Source: Orbicella franksi
Lineage: Eukaryota
Reading direction: 5' to 3'
DNA: 64,000 nt
Assembly (NCBI GenBank): GCA_964199315.1
Contig: OZ116711.1
Span: 18,166,001-18,230,000 of the forward strand
The notes beneath the pieces were generated by a model. That model was not told the DNA's origin. It ran no database searches and was given only the letters and a program-made list of their open reading frames with translations. Below, piece by piece: positions 1 to 12,599 of the stretch; position 1 is the stretch's first letter, and the number at the start of each line of letters is the position of its first letter. A program made the translations under genes and the position numbers.

Positions 1-240
1 TGTTAAACATGTTTAAAAGTGCTTTAACTAAACAAGGTTAATACTTACTTCAGTGCTCATTCCGTGCACACCCCACAACTTACCCAGGTAAAAACCTGTT
101 TGATAAATATATGGTTTGAGGTTTGTCTTCTCAAAATGACTTCAAAACGTCATCAACAAATTGGAAAAACCTAAACCTATTTAGTCAAACTAGTTTAGTT
201 GGTGTGAATGGAGTATAACGTTATTATTCTTTATCTCTAG

Positions 241-378
241 GCTGCCATTGCAAACGCTCGCTCCCTGGATGAGGTACAAAGACTAGAGATGTTATTAAAA
301 ACAGGACAGGTACCTGGCAGGAGCAAACAGAATGATAATGTTGATGAAGAGATGGAAGACATGTCTAATGGCACATGA
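241..378 (+). CDS. SNRPA1: U2 snRNP protein A' last coding exon (gene begins before window)
   Basis: After TCTAG acceptor: AAIANARSLDEVQRLEMLLKTGQVPGRSKQNDNVDEEMEDMSNGT*, matching the recalled U2A' C-terminus (AIANA.L.EV.RL..LL..GQ.PG...EEME). Confidence 0.85.
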   Translation, partial: AAIANARSLDEVQRLEMLLKTGQVPGRSKQNDNVDEEMEDMSNGT

Positions 379-1030
379 ACAGACTCAGTATTAAATGTAA
401 CATACATATAATCTTTTTCTCTGTAAGTGAATCATGTGGCCAAGCTGACTTATGTTTTATAATGGCAGCAATCTTTTGTAATTAGATGTATTTAATACAA
501 AACCAAAGCTTTCAACTTTTATGAGATTCTATCACCATCTTTATAACCATTGTTTAGTTTGTCATGCAAAGGTTCTTCTCTGGTTCACCACACTGTGCTT
601 CTTCAATGTGTGATGTCTGGTTTGCACACAATGTCTTCGTCTAGTTTGTAACGCAATCCTTCAGTTCGAGAATCTTTGCATAACAACCCAAATAGCAGCT
701 GTAAGCGAGACTGCTATTTTTTATTGGAGACCAAGAATTTTAAACTGCTCCTAACACACTACCAGTTTACTGTAAGACAGCTATTTATTTTATTGAAGTC
801 GTGAATCAGATAGGCAGCGACAAGGACGAATCATTATTACAACAAGTGAAAGCTTTTTGGTGGGGTTGAAAACGTCGTGTAACGCGCGTTAACCAATCAA
901 ATGAGAGCCTCAGCTTTCTCGTCCAATCAGGTGTAAGGCAAATTCCCATTAGCGTGGTTTACATGACTTTTTGAAGCGTTTTCAGCTTAAGCCATTGAGA
1001 TTAGAGCTTGGCTTTCTCAACTAGCGACAT

Positions 1031-1165
1031 GTCCAAGTCGACTACTCACGTGTTGAAGTCGACTAGCCACGTGTCCAAGTCGACTAGTTACGTGTCCAAG
1101 TCGACTAGTCACGAGTCCAAGTCGACTAGTCACGTGTCCAAGTCGACTAGTCACTAGTCGACTTG
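1031..1165. repeat. 21-bp tandem repeat (GTCCAAGTCGACTAGTCACGT x ~6) ending in a hairpin
   Basis: Units start at 1031, 1052, 1073, 1094, 1115 and 1136. The last unit folds back (CAAGTCGACTAG-TCA-CTAGTCGACTTG). Confidence 0.95.
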
Positions 1166-2846
1166 TTACATAGCTAAGTAAAATGTTTTTTTCCGGTATT
1201 TACCTGCACATTTGTGAAGTTGTTTTCAATCGAATAATCAACGAAAACGCTTTCATTGCAAAGAATATCCCTGTTTTTTCTTTCTATAGCAAAAAGTTTC
1301 TCTAGTGAAGAAATCACGGATTGTTCGATGCTCTTAAACAAATTTCAGTATGAGTTGTCTTGTAAAAAAGTATCAATTGTAACCAGTTCTCTCTTAATTT
1401 TTGTTTTGTAGAAAATAATGTCAGTGAAAATAAAATGTAACGTTTCCTTGGCTCTTTTCGTTGTGTGATAATTGTTTAGAGAGGCGTTTCCAAGATAAGA
1501 TAGGTTCTATTCTGGAGCTACACCGTACATGTAAATCTCTAAGTTCAGTAAGAAGAACCACTAAGGTTTGTTTCGGAGGGTTTTCCTGTCACGAGCACTA
1601 CCAAAAAAACAAAATATAAACCCCTTCCACAGCCAAACCTGGTAGTGAAATTTGAAATAAAAAAAAAAAAAATGAAAATAAGCAGTAGAGCGTACGCAAG
1701 GCTTATGGGATAATAAGCGTGACTCCGCACTTGCGTGAAGTCACGCGCGTTTTCTTGTCTCCGCTCCAGCACTATCTCTGTTATTACTTTAGCGAACACG
1801 CAGGCCGATGGGAAGTGAGGAACACGCATTTTTAATCCCTAAAAGGTATGGCGAACACCCTGCTCTATTTTCTTCATTATTTCCAACTTTTCTTGGGAAA
1901 AAAAATACAGGAATAGAAAATTTGCATCATTTTTAGCTTAGAAACTGTCTTTAGAAGTGCAGTGAATGCGAACGGTAACTTTCCTCTTTACCTTCAAGTA
2001 CCAAAGCACAAGGTGTGAAAAACAAACGATATCTCTAGAAGTTCTGCTCGACAATTTCCAAAAACCTAGGGACGAGAGGTTGGCGCCACTCATCACCCCA
2101 GGTGCAGTTGAGAGGTCCGGTCACGTGGTGCAAAATCCAACAAAAATGGATATTTTTCTGCCAAGAAATCAAGAAATCATCACCATTTGGCAAGTCCTTT
2201 TTTGTTTTTACTTTTTAATTTACGTTTTTCAGAATAAAAGATACAAGAAGACGGAAAAAGAGCCTTACTTTTTACACTGTTGTTTTTTTTTTGGCTCCAC
2301 CTCTCTTCACTTTTTAAATTTACAGAAAGGTACTGAGTGACAGCCGGAAATACGTCTGCGTTCTCAGGCTAACGTGTTCTGGAAGGAAGCCATTACTCTT
2401 GGCCTGGGATCCTATGATTCTGCTTCCTTTTTTGAAATAATATACCAAGGTACATCTTCCTTTTTCGATTATGTTCGAAAGTGTGTTACTAAAAAAACAT
2501 TAAGATGTATTGAATGCAGATAAAGAGAACGGGGTGGGATGGGGGAGCAAGGCAGAGCTCTAGGGGAGGGGTGGTGGGTAGACCTCTTTAATCGGTCGAT
2601 GGGCTGATTTGACTAGTTTGAGGCTTTTCTCACGGATTTTGACTCCGCTAGATCTTGCTCAAACAAAAACGTTTGAACAATCCTTAGTTTACACAAAAAC
2701 GTAAATATGTCCAATTTAGATTTGTTCTCCTATTGCTGAACAAAAACATTTGCAAGTCAAAGCATGCTTTTTGGCAGCTTTCCATTTCTATTTCGTTCGC
2801 TTGGAGACAGTGAATTTTAGCGGTTTTTTGGGTTGCTATAAAATGA

Positions 2847-4290
2847 TCAAGAGTTCCTCGGACATCTTCATATCTTGGTTTCGGCTTCACCCTGCTTTCT
2901 ATATAGCTAAAATTTGGGTTGGGAGAAAGGAGGGAAGTTCGGGACATCCCCGCTATTACCACGACTTCGAGGCCCTATCGGGATACGGGACATTTAGGTA
3001 AAAATTAACGGGATACAGGCTATTTGGGGGAAAATCAATGGGATATGAGATATTTGGATCAGATAAAACAGGATGTAGAGTAGGAAAATCGTTAATTTTC
3101 GCAATTGGAATTAAAGGAATCTAGGATATTTAGGCCAAAAATTAACGGGATATGAATACTCAGACCCCCCCGGAATGAGACCACATTTTCTAAATTCTGA
3201 AAATTAGAAGCACGTGGAAAAGGGAAATAGGAGCTAAAGCGACCTGAAGCAGTTGAGGAAATAGAGAACATCTACTCACAGGCTTACTTCGAACGGGTTT
3301 GATCTTACACAAATAGATACCGGTATTTGAGAAACCCATGAAAACCGCAATCGTGACCGTAGGTAAAATAGGTTACACAGAACACGTTGACTGAGCAAAC
3401 AGCAGTTTCCTTAAAAGCAAACAAGTGACCTGCTCGAAAATTTTGTTTGGGCTTTGTCCAATCAAAAATCGTAAGAACCACTTAGTGTTTGAAGGTACTT
3501 CAAGAAGGAATTAAAAGACCATTTAGGGCTTTTGTAGCGGGGATAATATGGCTAAAGGCAGAGGTCAAGAGTTAGTTGGACATCTTCACGGCTGGTTTCC
3601 ACTTTCACTTAGCCCCCGCTAAATGTGGGTGGGGAGAAGGGACGGCAGTCACAGACCCCTATTAGGGATACTTTTTAGGTAGAAAGTTAACACAATACAG
3701 AATAATTGGGGGAAAAATTAATGGTGTATGGGATATTATACCAGATAAAACGAGATATAAAGCACAAAAATCATTCATTTTTGCAATTGGAATTAACGCG
3801 ATACGGGACATATTTAGGACACAAATTAATGGGATATGGATACTCAGACCCCCCTGAATGGGGACCTCAGTTCAAAATTCTGAAAATTCATAATCATAAG
3901 CGAAGGCGGAAAAGGGAAATATGAAACTGAAGCCACCTGAAACAGTTGAGGAAGTAGAAAACTTCTACACACAGGCTTACTTCGAACTGGTTTGATCTCA
4001 CACAAACAAATACAGTAAACAGTACGAGAAACCGCAATCGCACTTTACCAGAACACGTTTACTGAACAAATAGCTGTTTCCTTGAAAGCAAACACGTGAC
4101 CTGCTCAAAAGTTTTGTTTGGGTTTTGTCCAATCAAAAATCGTAAGATAGGAGATTTGTAAACCACTTTCGGTGTTTTCTGTTTCAATTTCGAACGCTTC
4201 AAGAAAGATTCTGAAAGAATCAGCTTAAGGAAGGAATTAAAAGGCCTTTGAGAGCTTTTACAGCGAGGATAATGGCGAAAGGCAGAGGTC
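2847..4290 (+). repeat. Diverged tandem duplication of SLC1A promoter, 5'UTR and first 6 codons (units 2847-3564 and 3565-4288)
   Basis: Both units start TCAAGAGTT..GGACATCTTCA, share CAGGCTTACTTCGAAC and GTGACCTGCTC..TTTTGTTTGGG.TTTGTCCAATCAAAAATCGTAAGA, and end ATGGC(T/G)AAAGGCAGAGG. Confidence 0.9.
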
Positions 4291-7200
4291 GCGGTCGCTT
4301 TTCTGACGGAGGGAACAAATGTGGTCGTTGTTGTTCAGGATTCATGCGGCGTCTACGCAGTAACTTGTTGCTTGTACTCATCGTCATCGGTGTTGTGATC
4401 GGCTTCGTCATCGGAGCTCTCGTGAACGACCCTGTAAATAAGATCGATGACATGGAAGACAAGAAAACTGTGATCATGTTGATTGGATTTGCAGGCGAGT
4501 TGTTCATGAACATGCTCAAAATGCTCATCTTGCCACTGATCGTGGCCAGCCTCATTTGCGCTTTAGCTTCTCTGGATGCAAAAGCCACCGGGCGTGTTGG
4601 GAGAAGGGCACTTATATATTACATATCGACTACCATCTTGGCTGTCATTCTTGGAATCGTCTTGGTTGTAAGCATTCAACCCGGAGACACCAAGGTGGAG
4701 AAGGAAAAGAAAGACGTGGAGCGAATTCGAACACTGGATGCTTTCTTAGATCTCATCAGGTGCGCTAAAATAAATACTAAGCTTGCGTCCTTGATTTTTT
4801 TCATTATTATTTATTGAATAATCTGATTGATTGTTACAGAAGATTTCCTGTGGCTAAATCCTCACCTTGCGTTTGAGTCAGGTGTAAGACGGCCTACCGT
4901 ATATTTGTTTCGAGTTCCTTATCGTGCTATGTTTGTTTTCTCGATGTTCCATTCTGTACAATCTGCGTGTTTTGTTTGCAAAAGGTCGAGTGTCTCTCAC
5001 ATTGCCCAGAGATCTTACAAAGGTTAACTCTAAATCAAACTGTATTCATGTAATTTTGAAGTCTTAACAAAATTTAGATCACGTTCGTGCTTTTGCAAAC
5101 GTAAACATCGGGAAACGTCGTCGATTTCGAATTCTGTGGGCGCGCGACGAGAATTTTAAAAAGTGTTCGAAATCATTGTATGCATTTGAACCATGCATTT
5201 TAATGGTTACTCTTACCAGAATTAGGCCTATATATTCGTGAAATTTCTAGCTATTATTTTGACGGATCATATTTGGTTGTGGAAATGGTAAATATTTTGA
5301 AGCTGTGGTAGATCAGTATTCCGATAAATCGATAAATGAGAACAGACGAAGAATCTTTGATCTGCTATTTATTAGTGGAACTTTCTAACTTGTTTGTGTT
5401 ACGATCTGACTGGGAACGAACGATCTGACCGGAAACCTTTCTTACTCAATCAGCTCGTGCCAGAAGTCTTATCTTCTTTCTGTTGGCAATAAAACTACTT
5501 CCTCCGGCAGGCTAGTGTCTCGTTGCACTTCAGGGTTCCACTTCGGTTGAACCCAAAACTGTAAATAATTATTAGCACATCTGTTCTATTTTACTTGTCA
5601 AATTTTTTTTATTAAATTATCAGATACTAAATTATGGTCAAAAATTATTTTTAAAACCTCAATAAAAATGGCAATAATTCTGTAATCTGAGAATCAGTAA
5701 CAAATTAATTAGTCCGACATCATCAATGTCATAATTTGCAATTTTCTGACTTTCCTAGCAGTTTACAGTCCAGGTTACTCAAGGAAAGGAGCTTATTGGA
5801 GAGGAGGGGGCACTTCTAAGGGACGGAGTGCTTATGTCTCTTTAATCATGTACATCTGAATGTTAAACAATGTTTAAATAAGAACTCAAGAACTGTAATA
5901 ATAGGAACTCTGAGAGTCATAATGTTTAAAATTATGTTCAGATGAGAAAGCAGACTTTATAATATATGCTTATGATTCTATTTTATGTCCCTGTCTTTAA
6001 TGGAACTTAATTTGAATAGAGTGCCTAGATTACAAAAACAGCCTTTGAGGGGAGCACTTGATAGAAAGGGGGGCTTATTGGCAGGCCAGCATTAAGCTGA
6101 AACGATATGATCCAAATATAAGCAAACCAATAAAGATGCATTTTTTTGCTGAAAAAAGCGTAAATACATAGGAAAATATGCTCATGAGGCATCTTCAGGT
6201 ATATGTGGTATTTCATTATGTCAATTGTATTTTGTTAATAAACACGTCAAGATATAATTTTTTACCTAACAAATTTTCTTTTATCAGGAGCTGTTTTCCA
6301 AGCAACATTGTTGCAGCAACCTTTCAACAGGTAATTAGAAAATTAACACAGTCGTCCACAGTCTTATCAGATGTAACAAAATGTTCAAAACCCAACTAGG
6401 ATAAGTAAAGTGTGTGGCTTCATTTATTTTTGTGGTGTCAATTTCAAGCCAATTTCTATGGTTGTTAAAAGTGTAGATCAAAGGAAAATCTTCACTTGTA
6501 ATTAGTCTTAACAGCAACACCTGTCAGAAAATTTACTGGCATATCAGAGAAAATTCAGAGCAAAATCATATGTGGTACATTGTTGACATGTTGTTTTCAC
6601 CCAGGGGGGGCGGGGGACTCCCGGATGGGATGGGGTACTCATTGTACCTTGTATAGTGGTTAAAATAAAAGTTTGGTACCTCTTAGGGGTTTAGCCTCAA
6701 ACGTTCCACAGCAGGAGCTTTAGCAGTACCTTTAGGGTATAATGACTGAGAAAAAGTCAGTAGATATCAGTTAAATCGTGTTGACCGTTATTGTACCTCT
6801 TTGGGAGGGGAAAAAAGTCTAGCCACGCCCACAAAATGGTACCTTGGTACTTCTTAGGGGTTATTTTCAAAATGTTCTATGGAAGTACCCCCAGACTTTC
6901 ACCTGTGGTCTACCATCTTGTCAACAGTGATCCATAGTTCTCAACCAACAAAACTTAATATAAGGAAATGAAGTAAATTATCGTGAACCCATGTTTGTGC
7001 ATTTGCCTCAGTTTGGTAAAATTTATCTTACAGAAAAGAACCAAATACACCACTGATGATGGAGAATTTAAATACGTCAATGTGTCAATGAACGGGACAA
7101 ATGGAACAACGAACACGATATTAAAGAAAGAGGTAGTGAGGAAAGGCTCTGAAACTGTCCCTAATGGACTGCAAGTTGACCCTAAAGGTTCTATTAATGT

Positions 7201-10200
7201 ATTGGGGCTTGTGGTGTTTTCCATTGTGTTTGGAATTGTTTTGGGAAGAACAGGTGAGCGAGGAATGCCTCTCAAAGCTTTCTTTGAAGCTCTGAATGAA
7301 GTGATCATGAAGATGGTGACTCTAGTTATGTGGTAAGTCTTTTGGTCAAGGTCTGACTTATTTCATCTTTTGTGTTGTGTAGTAGGGCCCAGTGGCTTCA
7401 TGGTCAGTTCACTTTACTCCGGATCGAGTGGTCCGGGTTCGAGCCCTGGTGGGGGATATTGTGTTGTGTTCTTGGGCAAGGCACGTTACTCTCACAGTGC
7501 CTCTCCCCACCCATGTGTATAAATGGGTACCGGCGAATTTAATGCTGGGCTGTAACCCTGTGATGGACTAGCATCCCATCCAGAGAGGGGTAGAAATACT
7601 CCCAGTCACTTCATGCTACTGAAACCAGGATAAGCTCCAGCCAGATGGGCCACTTGGCTCGTATGCAGACTTTACCTTTTACAATGGTGTATAGGATTCA
7701 AAACACTGTCTGTTTGCCACAAAAATTACAATTTTCAAGTGAGTGTGTTCAACATAAGTGAAGTGTAATAAATTGTTGAATGTGTCTTTGTCACCAGGTT
7801 TTCACCGATTGGTATTTGCAGTTTAATAGCAGCAAAAGTAGTGGCGATGGACGACATCATTGAGTCTCTAAATATGGTGGGATTGTACATGGCGACAGTG
7901 ATAGCTGGTTTATTTATCCATGCACTCATCATTATACCATTGCTGTATTTGATCGCAGTGCGTAAGAACCCTATCAGATATATGATTGGTCTGAGAGATG
8001 CTATTATTACAGCTTTTGGAACTTCTTCCAGGTATGGAAAAATGTATTGTGGTTCTATCATTAGTTGTGTAGGTGACATGCTGTCTTCTAATTTTAACAT
8101 TTTGTCTTCACTACACAACCAAACACACTCTAAGGTTGAGGCATGGGCGCATTAGTCAGCCAGGTCCAAGATATGTTTTAATTGTGACAATAAGCTTACA
8201 ACAAAGTGGACAAGAGATACATCAAGTAACGCCCTACATGCGCCAAAGCTGGACACGTAAACCCCAAAAACGTCTTGTCAGGAAAAACAGGGACCATGTA
8301 CCCCCAACCAAATGCAGTGGTGCCACGCTAGGGGTTTTAAGGTTGATATATAAACAACAGTTGAGATTGAAAAGCAAATCAAATGACGCTAGTTACACAA
8401 TAAAAGCAAACCTTATGCGAAAATGCTAGTGGCAAGGCTGACCGTAGACTGTCACAAGTTTCTCAACCATCTCTTTTTACAGACGTACAGTACCCCTGAG
8501 CCTTCGCGTACTACACTTGCAAAATATTAATTTATGTCAATACTGATTACCAGAAATTACATTATTAGTGAATTATTAAAGTGAGATATTTCTGTAACAA
8601 ATGGCTTTGCTTTTTTAAGGGGCTATTTTTATGACTCTGATTATTTGCATGTACCTTTAACGGTTAAAAACCTTGTCTGGTAAAATATGTTCCAATGCTA
8701 ATTTTGACAAATTCCACAGTAGAGATGACATCTCCTGAGGTACAGTTTCAAAGCAATTATGTAGCTGCAAATATAGAGGTGGAACTTTCCTCAAGGGTAG
8801 AAAATTTAAATATACATTTTATTAATAGAAAAAAAATCTCTTTTACTGGGGACATGGTTCTTCCCTGCATCAAGTTTGTATATTGTACATTACTAGTAGG
8901 TTATACATTGGTGTGTCTATCAACTTGAGCTATGACTTCCCCACCTCCACCAAAAAAAAAGTATTTTCAATTGGTCTTCTGGAGACTGCTCTTAATCCAC
9001 CAGGGGTGAGTGGTTGGTTACTGTAATTGCACAGGGTTAAAGCCTTCTAAGAAAGTGAGCAACAGTTCTGTTGTTTACATTAGTTTACATAAAAAACTCT
9101 GTTAAGTAAACATCTGGGTTATAATAATTTTTATGAAAATATTTTAATGCCAGCATTTTGATCTTCCTTAGTTCTGCAACTCTTCCCACTACAATGCGCT
9201 GCCTTGAGGAGCATAACAAAGTTGATGCTCGTATAAGCCGTTTTGTTCTGCCGCTTGGTGCCACAGTCAACATGGATGGCACAGCTTTGTATGAGGCCGT
9301 TGCTGCTGTGTTTATTGCCCAGGCCAACGGCATTACACTGAATGTTGGCCAGTTGATAACAACATGGTAAGAAAAGAAGGAAATAATAAAGAAAGGTGAA
9401 GTGAAAGGCAGGGTAACAGTAGTTTGGGATTTGTGTCTGTCTACAAATACAATAGTTTAAATGTTTTTGCCCTGATGACGGGGCTACTGCTTGAAACATT
9501 TGCCGTTGGTTTTCAAATTTTCTATGATGTGTAAGTCATTCACCTTAATAAACAAAAAAGTCTATCAGTCTGTCTGTCTGTCTGACTGTCTGTCTATGAT
9601 TACAACTTGAAAGATTAATAGTTATGTTATATTAACATTAATTTGTTGAATAATATAGCTTCACTGCCACTGCGGCCTCTATCGGTGCTGCAGGAATTCC
9701 ACAAGCAGGCTTGGTTACCATGGTGCTTGTCCTTCAGGCTGTCAATCTTCCTACTGACGACATTGGACTCATCTTAGCAGTGGACTGGTTTTTGTAAGTT
9801 ACTCATGATAATAAAAGTAACATCATTAAACAGTCAGCAGCAACCCTTTAACTCTTGATAATCCACGGGAGAGCCATACTCCTTCTTGATGTAGAGGACA
9901 CAGGACACGTCACAATTGAGCATCACCCCGCAAACCTATTGTTACCATTGTTTTCCTCATTCTTTTGTCCTTTTGCTCTCTGTTTTATATTTTTAACTGT
10001 GTCTTCTACACCAAGTTGAGCTAGAATCAGGAAATATTTTTGGCAAGATTATTAATTTACACCTCTCAGGTGTGTCGTGTGCAGAAAGAGAGAAAGCTCA
10101 TCTAACATGATAGGTCTGCAATGGGTGTGGAAAGCCAGATTATTTGGGTATGCAATTTATTAAAGGTTATCCAGCATCATATGTCGGCAGAGTTTGATTA

Positions 10201-10829
10201 TCTGACTCTGCAACTTGTGCAGAGAGATGAGCATCATAGGTCTGCAATAGGTGCAGAATAAGATTGAATAGCATCTTGGGTTTGCAATGCATACAAAGAG
10301 CCCGCAATGTGTGGAGAGAAAGATAATCCATTGTTATAGGTCAGGATTAGATTTTCTGGGTCTGCAATGCAATTTGTGCAGAGAAGGATCATCTAGCATC
10401 ATAAGTCCAGGAAGCATGCAGTAATTTAGATAATATAGAGCATATTATGTTCGCAATGCTTGCATCATAGATCTGCAATTCATGTAGAAATTAGTGTCAG
10501 TAAGGTAATGTAGTATTGTATAAGTTAACAATTCATTATTAATAGCAACTCTAAATTGAAAAGTTCCATAAATTTGCCAAGTTTAAGTATAACAACATTG
10601 ATAATTCCTTTTGCACAGGGATCGTATCCGTACTGCTGTAAATGTTGTTGGTGATGCATATGGAGCTGGCATAGTTGAGCACCTGTCACGGAATGATCTG
10701 ATGTCGATGGACTACAGTGCACGAGAAGAAGATATTCCTCTGGAACCCTTTGAGAGGTACACACCCAAGAACGAGGACGCCAATAATGTCCATACCAGCG
10801 ATCCTTCTCTGAGGGCCACCAACTTCTAG
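4272..10829 (+). CDS. Excitatory amino acid transporter (SLC1A/EAAT family)
   Basis: Exons 4272-4759, 6288-6330, 7034-7332, 7798-8031, 9172-9366, 9659-9793, 10619-10829; all GT-AG with consistent phases. Motifs GTSSSSATLP (HP1), [10 protein letters not shown] (TM7), [10 protein letters not shown] (HP2), [16 protein letters not shown] (TM8). Vertebrate paralog not assignable. Confidence 0.95.
6600..6893. mobile_element. MITE-like element with G-run/C-run termini
   Basis: Left end CCCAGGGGGGGCGGGGGACTCCC, right end GAAGTACCCCCAG. Similar architecture at 17754-18202. Confidence 0.55.
7385..7680 (+). mobile_element. tRNA-derived SINE (family 1), SLC1A intron 3
   Basis: A-box-like TGGCTTCATGG, B-box GGTTCGAGCCC, body TTGGGCAAG.CAC.TTACTCTCACAGTGCCTCTC, tail GCAGACTTTACCT. 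Copies at 31890-32170 (-), 43574-43810 (+) and 28681-28890 (-, decayed). Confidence 0.9.
9420..9555 (+). mobile_element. Decayed Penelope-like terminal repeat with hammerhead-like relic
   Basis: CTGATGA-CGGGGCTACTGCTT-GAAAC-ATT at 9472-9500 resembles the recalled cnidarian motif CTGACGAAGGGCTAACGCTCGAAACGTC. Confidence 0.5.
10075..10490. repeat. Highly decayed ~40-bp minisatellite in SLC1A intron 6
   Basis: Recurrent GTGCAGA(G/A)AG..AGCATCATAGGTCTGCAAT-like blocks. Confidence 0.55.
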
Positions 10830-11931
10830 AAGACAACCAGGGACTGCTGTTCCTTAGTGAAATTACATTTTGCTCTCACACTTCTGCTTAAGTGCTGGAT
10901 GTAATAGTAGTATTTTAAAGCCAGTTAGCCCCCCCCCCCCCCCCCCCAGTCCAACTGCTGCCCTTTACAAAAATTCCTCCAGTAATGAGGAATGAATTCA
11001 AGTCCACAAACTTATATTTTACTTTTTACTCTTTAGGTTTAATGTAAAGTAATCTTGTGTCCACCTATAATATTCTAGATGCTAAGTTCTTTCAAATATA
11101 AGCTCAGCAATTTTTTAGATGCAAAATTCCTTTTGATGATACACCACTTCAAAAAATACATAAGCTCACCCTAATTATGTTACTCATTATATTGAAACTG
11201 GACTGGAAATTAAATGTATACCTCTCGCAATCTTTTTTACTGGCATTTTTTAAAATAATTATTATCAAGGAGTGCACATGTGCACAAGGACTGGACCAAA
11301 CTTCATTATGCAAAATGTTAAATACATGTACATTATTAGCTGTTTGTTTTGTTTTTAGCTGTTTTCTGATTATAATTATAATGGATGTCATCTGCGACTA
11401 AAATAGCCTCCTATGCGAATGCTGTTTGGGCTTGTCACACAATCTTTCCTCTGCATGTTGGGTTCATCACACAATCCTTCCTCTGCATGTTGAGAAGGAG
11501 TGCATAATGAGCCATAAGAACATCTGTGCAGGAGGCTACAACTAAAAACAGTTAACACATAAATGTAACTTGTGTTCCTGGAAAAAGCTTGTAATAATAG
11601 GCCATTTTACATTTGCATGCATTGTTACCTGGCCTATAAATGCAAGTGAGGCTGGAGGTGCCCTTGCTTTGATACAGACCTCTCTGCTTTTCGCATTTAA
11701 TGCCAACCAGTTAGCATTAGAACAACTTGATTTACACAACGAAAGCAGTGAGGTCTGTATGAAAACAAGGTCACCTTCAGCCTTGCTGCCATTCAAATGC
11801 CAAGTCACTGAACAAACAGCTGTAAAATGGTCAATTCTACATTGATAATATAATTGCATGAAATAGAAATTTGAGCTAATTTTACATTACAGTTTATTTA
11901 TGTAGGCATTAACACATAGCTGCAGAATAAC

Positions 11932-11998
11932 TAGCCTGCGTTGCAGCCTGACGTGTCACAAAATCTCTGGTGGTTAAGACTGTGTGCGACGCAGGTTA
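11932..11998. mobile_element. 67-bp MITE, TAGCCTGCG TIR, 9-bp TSD
   Basis: TAGCCTGCGTTGCA ... TGCGACGCAGGTTA flanked on both sides by CAGAATAAC. Confidence 0.85.
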
Positions 11999-12599
11999 CA
12001 GAATAACCTGATGGCCATATTACTACAAAATTACATTTTCTGTGTTTACAGCAAGGCCTTCTGGGTCACAGTAGAAATTATCATTAGTTTACAAATTGGA
12101 AAGAACTTTCTGTGTGCATGTTAAGGGCAGTGAGTGGTAAATGCGAGACTGTGAGAATGCAAGACCTGCATTTTTCTTTGCTTGTAGCTTTTTACTCAGG
12201 CAGGGCCTCTTCATGAATGCTTGTAAATTTTAGGAAGTTTTTATAAGTTTTGTTAGCATTAAAAATTGCAAAGCATAATATTTATCACACTAAAAAGTAT
12301 GTAGGATTTTAATACAAACTGTAGAAGTCATAGGTTTGGTTTAATAATAAAAAAAAGTTGTCAGTGGTGATTTTGTGTAAATTATGTGTTTGCTGCCATC
12401 GACACATTCCAATGAAAACAAAATTTCTTTCAATCAAGAGGCATCAATTTTGATTACGTTTCACTGTTGTAAAGTGAGTCGACATGTTGATCATGCAAAC
12501 AAAGAGAATTATTGATTGAATTTAAATTTTAAGTGGTTTTCGCCACATCTTTTCCCTGCAGTACTCATTCAAGTATTAATATATCATTGTTAGTTGAAC

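Noticed and set aside
54-87. Possible 34-nt SNRPA1 exon (CAG|...CCCAG|GTAAAA)
   Set aside because: Translation does not resemble U2A'. It would shift frame and cannot be tested without the upstream exon.
1031-1165. CRISPR-like array
   Set aside because: Repeats are contiguous with no unique spacers, there are no cas genes, and the context is eukaryotic.
1545-2340. ORFs 1545-1829 (-) and 1966-2340 (+)
   Set aside because: No recognisable domain, they cross poly-A/T runs and repeat fragments, and there is no coherent splice structure.
4220-4588. Antisense ORF over SLC1A exon 1, and similar shadow ORFs over PIGQ, REXO1 and kinesin exons
   Set aside because: Explained as opposite-strand or alternate-frame shadows of real coding exons.
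7385-7450. tRNA gene (also at ~32100-32165 and ~45110-45175)
   Set aside because: A/B boxes are followed by SINE bodies with no acceptor-stem closure, so these are SINE heads.
10929-10948. Poly-C/poly-G runs (also ~17200, 17760, 23041, 46670, 47650, 49095) as functional G-quadruplexes
   Set aside because: Several are MITE termini, their lengths are error-prone in assemblies, and there is no independent support.
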